Assembly: GCA_949425575.1 (NCBI GenBank)
Contig: CASPVX010000001.1
Span: forward strand, 10,789-74,788
Direction of reading: 5' to 3'
Length of the DNA: 64,000 bases
Source of the DNA: an uncultured Bacilli bacterium
GTDB taxonomy: Bacteria; Bacillota_I; Bacilli_A; RF39; UBA660
Each line of letters begins with the position of its first letter. The first letter of the stretch is position 1. This document shows, piece by piece, positions 40,087 through 48,915 of this stretch. Below the pieces are notes generated by a model, which was not told where the DNA came from, did not search any database, and was given only the letters and a program-made list of their open reading frames with translations. A program made the position numbers and the translations under genes.

Positions 40087-41082
40087 TTATGAAAAAAATA
40101 TATCCACACAAGAATCACGAATACCTTCTACACCAGATAATACTAAAATATCTAATACAAGTGCAATAATTACTGGAGCTAACAATAAAATAGCTGCTGC
40201 AATTAAACGAAAAATAAATTTTTTGCTTAATTTTTTAATTCTATCTTGTTCATCACTTGCAATTCCACGCATAAAATCAACAATTGATAAAACCACTAAT
40301 AATACAACTCCTGCAACTTGCATAATTGTAAAAGCTAATTGTAACATTTTTAGAAATTCGCCATCTTTTTTAAACATAGTACAACCAGCAGTGTGTCCAA
40401 CACCACCAGTTGTATCTAATCCATTACTATTTGTAGAATGGCCATTATTATTTTTTTCTTTTTCAATTGAATTAGCAACACCATCAGTTTTGTTGCCACT
40501 ATATATTCCAGCTTTAAGTGTTGGATTACCTGTTTTTGAACTAAAATTACTTTTTTGCGTAATTTTTTTCCAATCTTTACCAGTCTGCTTCTTATAACTT
40601 AATTCAACTGTTGTATTTACATCTGTTCTTGTATTTCCAATTTTAGCATACAATGTTGGACACTTCCATTTATCACTTGTTTTGTCTAAAGGATCATCAC
40701 CAACATTATTAGTAACACTACTACTAGCAAAATATTTTTTTAAATCTTTACGATTAAACATTTCACTATAGTTAGAAATTTTACATCTATTTTCATCATA
40801 ATATGATGCACTATTTTTATTTGTGCTTTCAACATTTCCACAACCAGTTATAGCATATCCATCATAATTACCATCAGTATTTTTAAAAACTGTTATTCTA
40901 ATCGCAAACAATCTTTGCTGAGTATCAGATGCGCCAGTTTCTTTAGCCACCTTATATTCGCATTCTGCAAACCCTTTGCCATTTGGCTTTCCCATTGCCT
41001 TAGTTTCATTTACATTAATAAACATCATACTAAAAACAAGCATAAAAGAAATCATTAATGTTTTTACCAATTTATTATTCAT
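40087..41082 (-). CDS. exported protein with signal peptide and C-terminal TM anchor, Cys-containing
   Basis: 331 aa with signal MISFMLVFSMMFINVNETKA and C-terminal transmembrane segments (VVLLVVLSIV.., AAAILLLAPVIIALVLDILVL). Several Cys residues are present. Confidence 0.4.
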   Translation of the reverse strand: MNNKLVKTLMISFMLVFSMMFINVNETKAMGKPNGKGFAECEYKVAKETGASDTQQRLFAIRITVFKNTDGNYDGYAITGCGNVESTNKNSASYYDENRCKISNYSEMFNRKDLKKYFASSSVTNNVGDDPLDKTSDKWKCPTLYAKIGNTRTDVNTTVELSYKKQTGKDWKKITQKSNFSSKTGNPTLKAGIYSGNKTDGVANSIEKEKNNNGHSTNSNGLDTTGGVGHTAGCTMFKKDGEFLKMLQLAFTIMQVAGVVLLVVLSIVDFMRGIASDEQDRIKKLSKKFIFRLIAAAILLLAPVIIALVLDILVLSGVEGIRDSCVDIFFS

Positions 41083-41187
41083 ATGTTTACACTCCTAAAA
41101 ATTAATTTACATTTTTCTTTACATTTCTACATTTATCATTATAACACAAAAAAAAGCAATGATAAACAAATATCTTGCTTTTTTTCA

Positions 41188-41601
41188 TTATTCTGTATCT
41201 TCCTTTGAATCTTCTTTATCTCCAAGGTCTACACCGTTAATAAATTTCTTTGTACAGTCCCATACGGAACCAGTATCAGACGAACTTCCTGACTTTGTTT
41301 CAACCTTATCTAAAGTACTAAAAACTAATTGTACAACAAATATAATAAAGAAAACTAAAACTGCGCTTATTACACGTGACACAAACATTTTTTGATGACT
41401 CTTAATATCATCTTCTTTTTTCGCTATAATAGCTTTTGCAAAATCAAGCATTCCCCATACAATAAGTAAAAGAGGAACCGCAATTTTAATGAAGTTTATA
41501 ACAGTAGCTACTGTATTAAATAATGTATTTGGAACTTCTATTCCCATACACATTGTAGTAGCTTCTTCAGTCACTTCTAAAACGTTTATTAAATTTAACA
41601 T
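41188..41601 (-). CDS. small two-helix membrane protein (paralog 1), VirB2/TrbC-pilin-like topology
   Basis: 137 aa with two hydrophobic helices separated by the WGMLDFAKAIIAKKEDDIK loop, an acidic C-tail and one Cys pair region. It is a paralog of 41637-42038. Confidence 0.45.
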   Translation of the reverse strand: MLNLINVLEVTEEATTMCMGIEVPNTLFNTVATVINFIKIAVPLLLIVWGMLDFAKAIIAKKEDDIKSHQKMFVSRVISAVLVFFIIFVVQLVFSTLDKVETKSGSSSDTGSVWDCTKKFINGVDLGDKEDSKEDTE

Positions 41602-41636
41602 TTTATCAAACCTTTCTTAAGGTATTATTACAACAA

Positions 41637-42038
41637 TTAACCTGCTACACAATCAGGATTATCTTTTGTACCTTTAACAAAACATGAAATGCATTTTGTC
41701 ATAGTTGATTGTTTAGGTTCTCCGTTTCCTGAATCTGCATTTACGTTTGCAACAATTCCAACCATTAAGTTAACAACTGTTACTACTAAGAATACTACAA
41801 CTGCAACAATAAGTCTTGAAATAAAAGTTTTTTGTCCAGCTTTAATATCTTCATCTTTACCTTTTGTAAGACCTTTAGCAAAATCAAGCATTCCCCAAAT
41901 AATTAATAAAATTGGCACAACAATTTGAATAATTAAAACAACATAGTGTACTAAATTAAATACTGCTCCTGGTATTCCAAAATCTAATTCACCACACTTG
42001 TAGTTTGTTAATACATTTACCATATCTAACATTTTCAT
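41637..42038 (-). CDS. small two-helix membrane protein (paralog 2), VirB2/TrbC-pilin-like topology
   Basis: 133 aa sharing the IxxIVPxLLIxWGMLDFAKG core with paralog 1. The C-tail has 4 Cys (KCISCFVKGTKDNPDCVAG). Confidence 0.45.
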   Translation of the reverse strand: MKMLDMVNVLTNYKCGELDFGIPGAVFNLVHYVVLIIQIVVPILLIIWGMLDFAKGLTKGKDEDIKAGQKTFISRLIVAVVVFLVVTVVNLMVGIVANVNADSGNGEPKQSTMTKCISCFVKGTKDNPDCVAG

Positions 42039-42112
42039 CCTTCTCCTTTTCCTTTTTCTCTTTAATGTTACTTTATTTATTGGTTTTTGTCAATATATAT
42101 AAGCATTTATTG

Positions 42113-42742
42113 TCAATTTGTATACGTAATTTGGGCTTTTGTTCCCATCACCCCTGTATCAAGTTTTCCTTTTTCTTGTTTTATTATGACTTCTGTTAGA
42201 TTTGGATTTTTAGTGAGGGCAAAAAGATTGATTTCTTTAACACTTTTTCCCACAGTAAAACTTTCTAAATCATTTTCATAAAATGCATAATGTCCTATTT
42301 TTTCTACCTTATCAGGTATAATTACATTTTTAAGTTTATTAGTTTCAAATGCACCATAACCGATTGTTTTTAAATCATTTGGAAGTTTTACTTCAGTCAA
42401 TTCATTTTCTAAAAACGCAAAATCACCTATAGAAGTTATTGTATTTGGCATTTTTATTTTAGTTATGCCTTTTTTTCTAAAAGCATATTGCTCTATTCCA
42501 ATTACTTTTTTATCATTTATTTTTTCTGGTATATCTACTTCTTTTCCACATTCAATATTATAACTAGTAATAGTTACTTCTGTTTTTCCTTCAGTGGCAA
42601 AACAATTATTTTTAAGCTCTTTTTCTAACACTTTTTTACTTTCAGGAAATTTAATAGCAGAAACTACTACCATTATAAGTATAATAACAGCTATTATAGT
42701 AGCTGTTATTTTTGCAATTCTATTAGCCATTAAACAAACCAA
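42113..42742 (-). CDS. BspA-type leucine-rich-repeat surface protein, N-terminal membrane anchor
   Basis: An N-terminal transmembrane segment is followed by four LRR_5-like repeats (IGxxAFxxxxLxxVxIPxxVxxI). Confidence 0.6.
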   Translation of the reverse strand: MVCLMANRIAKITATIIAVIILIMVVVSAIKFPESKKVLEKELKNNCFATEGKTEVTITSYNIECGKEVDIPEKINDKKVIGIEQYAFRKKGITKIKMPNTITSIGDFAFLENELTEVKLPNDLKTIGYGAFETNKLKNVIIPDKVEKIGHYAFYENDLESFTVGKSVKEINLFALTKNPNLTEVIIKQEKGKLDTGVMGTKAQITYTN

Positions 42743-43754
42743 AAATGCCTTTCTTTTTCTCAGTTTCGCCTGCAGATTGTCTTACAAATCCAAGTTTAAC
42801 TAAAAATGCGTCTAATGCAGCATTATCACTTTCTTGATCATAAAGTGGAGGCAAATTGTAAAATACCTTTGTATTAGTTTCATATTCAAAATCTAATAAA
42901 TCATGATTACTTAATAAACTTTTATTAAGTACCATTTTTTTCTTTCTACAATCAGCAAATGCTTTAGCATTTGTTGATAAAAGTTTGTTTAATTTTATTT
43001 TTGATGGTTCTACTAAATAAATAACATCATCTACTAAACTCTCTGCAATATCACTCTTATTCATATCAACAAGTATTGCATCAGCCTTAGCATTTGAATT
43101 TATAATATTTGAAAGCATTTGACCATTTGTGCTGATTAGTTTTGGATCTCCAAAATACATAAAATCTCTCTTGTCAACTTCAACAGCAACAACATTATAA
43201 TTATGGGCTAGTTGATTTTTAATCATATATATTAAACTAGTAGCACCAGCTCCCTCAGTTACATTTTTAAAACCGATTACTGTTGCTGTTCCCCCCATAT
43301 CGAATACTTTAGCAGCTCCTGCACTGACAGCACCTGAATCCGAAACAATTTCGTGTGTAGTATCTAATTGGTGATATTGGGCTACATCACGATAACTATT
43401 TGGATTATTATATAAATATTTAATTCCTTCAACATTCATTGTGAAATTATATATACGCATTGAAATTAAATCAGATAAAAATTCTGGATCAGTTACTTCT
43501 GGTGAATCATCCAAAAGTAAAATTAATCTATCCATATCTAAAGACAATGATAATTGTTGTAAAGTTTTAATGTCTTTATAATTTTTTAAAGCTGTAATAT
43601 CTAAAATCATACGTTGAAAAAAGAAATTCTTAAAAGTATTAATAATTTCATCAACCGTAAATTCCCCTTCTAGACTTTTAATAACTTCAATATCTAAATT
43701 TGATAAAGCGTCTTTATATCTATTAGAAATTATAACGTTCAAATTAATCACCAT
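42723..43754 (-). CDS. TadZ/CpaE-like pilus-assembly protein (degenerate ParA/MinD ATPase fold)
   Basis: The listed ORF starts with TTG at 43811, but the first ATG is at 43754 (MVINLN..). The Walker A is degenerate (FDMGGTATVIGFKNVTEGAGATSLIYMI), matching the CpaE-type GGxGATT variant. Confidence 0.45.
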   Translation of the reverse strand: MVINLNVIISNRYKDALSNLDIEVIKSLEGEFTVDEIINTFKNFFFQRMILDITALKNYKDIKTLQQLSLSLDMDRLILLLDDSPEVTDPEFLSDLISMRIYNFTMNVEGIKYLYNNPNSYRDVAQYHQLDTTHEIVSDSGAVSAGAAKVFDMGGTATVIGFKNVTEGAGATSLIYMIKNQLAHNYNVVAVEVDKRDFMYFGDPKLISTNGQMLSNIINSNAKADAILVDMNKSDIAESLVDDVIYLVEPSKIKLNKLLSTNAKAFADCRKKKMVLNKSLLSNHDLLDFEYETNTKVFYNLPPLYDQESDNAALDAFLVKLGFVRQSAGETEKKKGIFGLFNG

Positions 43755-44268
43755 CCTTAAATTTATGAATATCTCTAAATGTTGTTGTTTCTCCAGCAAC
43801 TGGAACTTCAATTAAATCTCCAATAATTGGAAGATCTAAATACATAAATGTTACAACCCTATAATAAGTTCCGCAGCTTTTATTACCTACCTTGGTATTA
43901 GTATATCTACTACCACATGTATCTGTTCTATATATACAATAATGGTAATTATTATTAACCGTAATTCTCGAAACTGGTGTCATACCATCACCATATCTAG
44001 CACAGTTTTCATTCATGCCTGCAGTTAATTGTCTGTAACCAATACCACCTGCATCATTACTTCCAACTGCACTACCATTTAACCAATTTTCAATACCAAT
44101 TGCTGCTTCTCTGTTATAACCTTCATTTTTTTCTATTTCTTCAACAATTTTATTTTTAACTTTATAAGCCTTTGAATAACTAGTTGACCCAATAAACACT
44201 ATAATTAATACTGAAACAAACACTATTATTATATTGAAAAGGGCCGCCATACTAATAGATTCTTTCAT
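43744..44268 (-). CDS. TadE/TadF-like minor pilin (pseudopilin)
   Basis: 174 aa with an N-terminal hydrophobic segment MAALFNIIIVFVSVLIIVFIG, then a soluble Cys-rich domain with 6 Cys. It is immediately downstream of another TadE-like gene. Confidence 0.5.
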   Translation of the reverse strand: MKESISMAALFNIIIVFVSVLIIVFIGSTSYSKAYKVKNKIVEEIEKNEGYNREAAIGIENWLNGSAVGSNDAGGIGYRQLTAGMNENCARYGDGMTPVSRITVNNNYHYCIYRTDTCGSRYTNTKVGNKSCGTYYRVVTFMYLDLPIIGDLIEVPVAGETTTFRDIHKFKDGD

Positions 44269-44729
44269 TAGCTTCGCCCCCCATCAGTACCAGTAAATCT
44301 ATAGATTCTTTCAGCTTTAGTATGTACTGGAATTCTAAATCTATCAATTATCGGAATATCAACATATATATAACTTACAACACTATAGTTATAATATGTA
44401 CCATTATCTTCATCTGTACTTGTATCATCAGGATAATAATATACACATATTGGATAAGGTAAAGCCCCATTACTCATAGCAGCAACATCTCCTCTTGTTG
44501 GACATGTACTGTTTTGATCTACTGTATAACCTATAGTTTCTAATGTATTACCTATTTCTTCTTGCGCTAAAGTATTATATCCTTCATACTTTTCCAAAGA
44601 TGAAATAATTCTATTATTAACTTTAAAAGCTTTATAATAGCTTACAGCGGCAGCTAGAATACCAAAAACTATTACAATAAATAAAATTATCATATTATAT
44701 ACAAATGTATGAGTAATACTCTCTCTCAT
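44268..44729 (-). CDS. TadE-like minor pilin (pseudopilin), contains RGD tripeptide
   Basis: 153 aa with an N-terminal hydrophobic segment FVYNMIILFIVIVFGILAAAV. The soluble domain carries CPTRGD and a second Cys. Confidence 0.5.
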   Translation of the reverse strand: MRESITHTFVYNMIILFIVIVFGILAAAVSYYKAFKVNNRIISSLEKYEGYNTLAQEEIGNTLETIGYTVDQNSTCPTRGDVAAMSNGALPYPICVYYYPDDTSTDEDNGTYYNYSVVSYIYVDIPIIDRFRIPVHTKAERIYRFTGTDGGRS

Positions 44730-44757
44730 CTAGCCACCTCCTTACTATTTTTAATAA

Positions 44758-44925
44758 TTAGTTACAAGTACCGTTATCCCAAGTACCACCATTATTTAAA
44801 CATTCAGATCTTTCTTGAGTAGAACTCATTAAATTATTAACTATCATAGTAGCAACACCAGCAATTACACCAATTAAGATGATAGCTACTACAGTTAAAT
44901 TTGCTTCACTTGCCGCCTCTTTCAT
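44758..44925 (-). CDS. Flp/Fap-family-like major pilin, 55 aa (not in ORF track, below length cutoff)
   Basis: An AAGGTGGTG RBS lies 9 nt upstream of the ATG at 44925. The protein is MKEAASEANLTVVAIILIGVIAGVATMIVNNLMSSTQERSECLNNGGTWDNGTCN. Its hydrophobic core aligns with the Flp mature region (..AIIAGVTTLG..), and a C-terminal Cys pair is present. Confidence 0.55.
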   Translation of the reverse strand: MKEAASEANLTVVAIILIGVIAGVATMIVNNLMSSTQERSECLNNGGTWDNGTCN

Positions 44926-44972
44926 TTATATCACCACCTTACTATTAGTAATTATAACATAATTTTTTTATT

Positions 44973-45770
44973 TTAGATATCAAAGAACATCATCATTGAC
45001 ATTAACATGAAAAGTAAAATTCCTCCGCCTGTTGCTCCTAGCATCATCATGGTTTTATTTTCCATTTTTTCTAAACGTTCTTTATATTTTTGTTCACGAG
45101 ACTTATTTTGAAGAGAAGAAATTGTTCTTGAGAACATTAATAATTGTTCTTGCTTATTTTCTTGACTTCCTAATCCTAAACGATATAAAAGTCTCATCAT
45201 TCTCATTGAATCTCTAACTGGATATTCTTGTGCAAAATCCATATAAGGTTGAACTGAAGAATCCCCAGATTCAATTTTACTAATTAGTGTTTTTAGTCCT
45301 GGTTTAAAAATTTCAGGAGCTGTTTCAATTGATTTTGATAAAGCTACTGGAACAGTATAATGTTGAATTAAAATTTCAAGACCTTTTAAATAATAAGGGA
45401 GCATCAAATTAATACGGTTCAAATTAGCTTTGTAATAACTTTTTAAATTATTGTATGGCATTTTAAATACTATAAAACCTAAAATGAATGCAAGTAGTAC
45501 ATAAGCAAACGATAGTCTAGACATAAATAAGAATAAACATGCAACTATTGTTACTATTCCATTTCTTACTCTTATTCCATACAATTTTTCTAGATCTACA
45601 TCAGATCCATACTTTAAATTAAGTAAAAATTTATAATCATCTTCCATTAAAAAACGGAAATAAGGTTCAGTCTCTTGAACGAATTTTTTAGAACTAAAAT
45701 GTGAATTAGCTGACAATATTACAACAAAGATTGCAGCGATTATAACAAATACTATACCTGGTCCTATCAT
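44973..45770 (-). CDS. TadC-like (GspF-family) pilus platform membrane protein
   Basis: 265 aa with N-terminal and C-terminal transmembrane segments flanking a cytoplasmic helical domain. It is paired with an upstream TadB-like gene and overlaps its stop. Confidence 0.55.
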   Translation of the reverse strand: MIGPGIVFVIIAAIFVVILSANSHFSSKKFVQETEPYFRFLMEDDYKFLLNLKYGSDVDLEKLYGIRVRNGIVTIVACLFLFMSRLSFAYVLLAFILGFIVFKMPYNNLKSYYKANLNRINLMLPYYLKGLEILIQHYTVPVALSKSIETAPEIFKPGLKTLISKIESGDSSVQPYMDFAQEYPVRDSMRMMRLLYRLGLGSQENKQEQLLMFSRTISSLQNKSREQKYKERLEKMENKTMMMLGATGGGILLFMLMSMMMFFDI

Positions 45771-46675
45771 TATTCCGCCCCCACATCTTCATTATAATAT
45801 TTTTCTCCACTTAATAAGAAATAAGTATTAATTACTATTATTCCATGAAGTAATAACTGAACCCACCATGTTTCTAACATGGTATGGTATCTTTCAACAC
45901 CTAACATAAATTGAACTAACATTACCATTAAATATAGAATTATTCCAAATTGTAAGAACTTCTTATGGAATGTAGCCCTATCAATACGGTCACGATAAAC
46001 GCTTTCAACAAGCATATCTATATCTTGACTCATATTTTCTAAGGATTCTCCTGAATCTCTAGATCCTTCATTCGTAATTTGTAAGAAAAGTTGATGCATA
46101 TTTCTTACGATATGATAATCATATTTAGCGTTCATATACGCTAACGACTCATCAATAGTACCATTATCATACGCCATATCAATCATTGTCTTAACATCAG
46201 ATTTAACTGGATCTTCTAATACGTTAGATTCATAAACACCTTCTAATGCCTTAACAAATGATTGTGTAACAGCAAACTCCATTATTGTATTTGTTGTATA
46301 TGTTTGAATTTGTTCAAATATAAATTCACTATACAACCTTTTACAACGTAAATAAGTTAAATAAGGTATTACAGAAACAGCAAGTATAACATACACAATT
46401 GAAATAAGTACATTATAGAAATATAAGAATGACACTATAGCAGCACCTACTGCAAATGTAGCTATTTGAATTATATATTGTTTTGTTGTATATTCTTGTC
46501 CTAAATCTTTAACCTTTTCACGCATTTGTCTGAATGAATAAGGAGCATATTTATTATAAATACTTGTTACACTAGTTGTTATAAATTTATAAGCACTTTG
46601 ATTCTTATTACTAACGCGATATGCGATAATAAATATTAAAATCGCTGCAATTATGATAAATAGAAACGCTGTCAT
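45770..46675 (-). CDS. TadB-like (GspF-family) pilus platform membrane protein
   Basis: 301 aa with the same topology as the TadC-like protein. It lies immediately downstream of the CpaF ATPase. Confidence 0.55.
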   Translation of the reverse strand: MTAFLFIIIAAILIFIIAYRVSNKNQSAYKFITTSVTSIYNKYAPYSFRQMREKVKDLGQEYTTKQYIIQIATFAVGAAIVSFLYFYNVLISIVYVILAVSVIPYLTYLRCKRLYSEFIFEQIQTYTTNTIMEFAVTQSFVKALEGVYESNVLEDPVKSDVKTMIDMAYDNGTIDESLAYMNAKYDYHIVRNMHQLFLQITNEGSRDSGESLENMSQDIDMLVESVYRDRIDRATFHKKFLQFGIILYLMVMLVQFMLGVERYHTMLETWWVQLLLHGIIVINTYFLLSGEKYYNEDVGAE

Positions 46676-46689
46676 TATTATTACCTCCT

Positions 46690-47982
46690 TTATTCATTTA
46701 TATTCCCAGCATTTACTGGAACTGCACTTACTGTTGGTGCAGGATTAATTGGTGCAGGGTTCACTACAGGTGCATTATTTACTACCGTAGTAGGTCTTAC
46801 CACTGCAGGAGCTACTGGAGCATTATTTACTACAGGAGCTTCTTTTTTTATACTTAAACTAGGATCTAGTTTAATATCTGGCTCAATGCTTGTATCAGCT
46901 TTAACTTCTAAATTAGAATTATCCTCGGCTAAAGTTGTTAATTCTTTTGGTAAAGTAACACCTTGAGCATCTAAATAATCTATTAAATATTTACTTGGAT
47001 TATTTCTAATTATATTTCCAGTAGTAGTTTTACGATAAATCGTATTACTTTCTGCTTCATTTTCATCAGTTACATAAAATTCAGTAACTTCCGCAATTTC
47101 CCTTACAAAACGTTTAGTTTCCTTATCTTGATAACCCCTTATATACACACCAATTTGAACATAACGATAAATCATTTTTAAAAATTGATCTATATCTTGG
47201 CTTGATTCAAGTAAACTATACATACGATGTGGAATTGCAGCAGCTTTATCAGCATGGATTGTTGATAAAATGTAGTGTCCAGAAGAAATTGAGTTTCTTA
47301 CAGCAAGTACTGCTTCAGCACTACGCACTTCTGAAAGTAATATCCATTTAGGATTTTGACGCATACAAGTTACTAAAACTTCTGAATATGAAGCAATATT
47401 ATTTGTTTTCATAGCAACAATATCTCGGTGTGGGAAGATTCTGTCTAAGTGTAATTCTAATGTATCTTCAATAGTAATTACTTTTTCATCTTCTCTAATA
47501 TGTGATGCTAAATATTTTACAAATTCTGTTTTACCAGAACCAGTTTCACCACAAACGATAATGTTACAATGTCCTTCTACGCATTTAAATAATAAATCAT
47601 GAATGTCTAACTCTATATATTTTTCATTCAATAACTTTTCTTTTTCAAGTCTAATTTTTGCTGGAGTCTTACGGATAACGCAAGCAATTCCATTTGATGC
47701 AATAGATTCATGAACGAAATTTAAACGAAGTTCAGCACTTTCAGCATCCAAAAATGGATGTGCCATATTAAAGGTAGTACCCATAACATTTGAACACTGA
47801 AAGGCTAATTTTTCCATAAATGCATTATTAATGGCTGGATTATCAACTCTATAAATACCCTTTGATAAGGTTTTTAAATGAACTTGTCCACCATTACTAT
47901 AAGAAATATCTGTTATATCATCATTATTTAAATACTCTGCAAGTGGCCCAAAATCAATTTGGGAGAACATATTATCGTTCAT
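46690..47982 (-). CDS. CpaF/TadA-family type II/IV secretion ATPase with Pro/Val-rich C-terminal tail
   Basis: Walker A IIVCGETGSGKTEF, the Asp box, Walker B and the His box (..ILSTIHA..) are typical of VirB11/CpaF ATPases. The last ~55 residues are PV low complexity (NNAPVAPAVVRPTTVVNNAPVVNPAPINPAPTV). Confidence 0.85.
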   Translation of the reverse strand: MNDNMFSQIDFGPLAEYLNNDDITDISYSNGGQVHLKTLSKGIYRVDNPAINNAFMEKLAFQCSNVMGTTFNMAHPFLDAESAELRLNFVHESIASNGIACVIRKTPAKIRLEKEKLLNEKYIELDIHDLLFKCVEGHCNIIVCGETGSGKTEFVKYLASHIREDEKVITIEDTLELHLDRIFPHRDIVAMKTNNIASYSEVLVTCMRQNPKWILLSEVRSAEAVLAVRNSISSGHYILSTIHADKAAAIPHRMYSLLESSQDIDQFLKMIYRYVQIGVYIRGYQDKETKRFVREIAEVTEFYVTDENEAESNTIYRKTTTGNIIRNNPSKYLIDYLDAQGVTLPKELTTLAEDNSNLEVKADTSIEPDIKLDPSLSIKKEAPVVNNAPVAPAVVRPTTVVNNAPVVNPAPINPAPTVSAVPVNAGNINE

Positions 47983-48890
47983 TATCTAGCTCCAGTAGTA
48001 TTATTTGTTTGATTGTTAACTTTATCATTTGTTTTATCAGCATTTGATCCTGTACTATCTCCTACTGCAGAATCAGTTGCCTTATCGTTATTAGTGGTTA
48101 AATCATCTGCTTCATCAAGTTGAACATTTACAGTATGTGCTTCAATATAACTCTTAAGTTGTGCAGCAGTTACATTTACATCACCTTCAGAACTTGCAGT
48201 TCCTCCATGTGGTACTGGGAATAGTTCAACATCGATACTTTCTAAGTAATATGCTTTTCTAAGTAAGTTATTAATATCAGAAGGAACTCCAAATATTAAT
48301 GTAGCTGGTGTTCTTCTTTCGCTTGTATCTTCAAATACATGTCTTCCTTGTGCATCTTTAACAGCTAAAACTGTAACATTTTCTACCAATTTACCAACCA
48401 TAACTTTTCCTGTTGAATCTTCTACTGCTTTCATATAAATATCAATTTTATTACCTGGGAAAATTGAATTTCCATAAGTTGTTGACATATTAACTGGGAA
48501 ATTATAAACAATTTCTCCTTCTTTTACTTCAGTAAATGCTGAATCAGGAAGTTCTTTTTTATCAACTAATGTATCTTTATAAAACATACTTCCTTGTGGA
48601 ATTACTGAATTTACATTGGCATATTTACCAATAACATCTTTTTTATATCTGTAAACATTGTCTGTAACCGCTACTGCTGGAACATCGATTAAATCAACAT
48701 TGTCAGCTGTAACCTCTTCTCTAGGTTGAATTGTTTCTTTTGCAACTGGTATTTTTACAGGGTCAACAGCACTTTTAATTTGAGCACTGTAAACTACATA
48801 AAGTAATACCAGGATTATTACTATTCCAAGAATAGTAACTGTGTTTTTGTTTTTTAGGAATCGTTTTAACGAAACCGATAAATTACTCAT
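47982..48890 (-). CDS. CpaB/RcpC-like Flp pilus assembly protein (N-terminal TM + SAF-like domain)
   Basis: 302 aa with transmembrane segment TVTILGIVIILVLLYVVY followed by beta-rich domains. The stop overlaps the CpaF start. Confidence 0.55.
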   Translation of the reverse strand: MSNLSVSLKRFLKNKNTVTILGIVIILVLLYVVYSAQIKSAVDPVKIPVAKETIQPREEVTADNVDLIDVPAVAVTDNVYRYKKDVIGKYANVNSVIPQGSMFYKDTLVDKKELPDSAFTEVKEGEIVYNFPVNMSTTYGNSIFPGNKIDIYMKAVEDSTGKVMVGKLVENVTVLAVKDAQGRHVFEDTSERRTPATLIFGVPSDINNLLRKAYYLESIDVELFPVPHGGTASSEGDVNVTAAQLKSYIEAHTVNVQLDEADDLTTNNDKATDSAVGDSTGSNADKTNDKVNNQTNNTTGAR

Positions 48891-48915
48891 AATCTTTCTC
48901 TCCTCTTTCTTTCTT

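Noticed and set aside
42723-43811. Long form of the TadZ-like ORF starting at 43811
   Set aside because: The start codon there is TTG, located 68 nt inside the upstream TadF-like gene. The first ATG at 43754 is a more plausible start, although the N-terminus remains uncertain.
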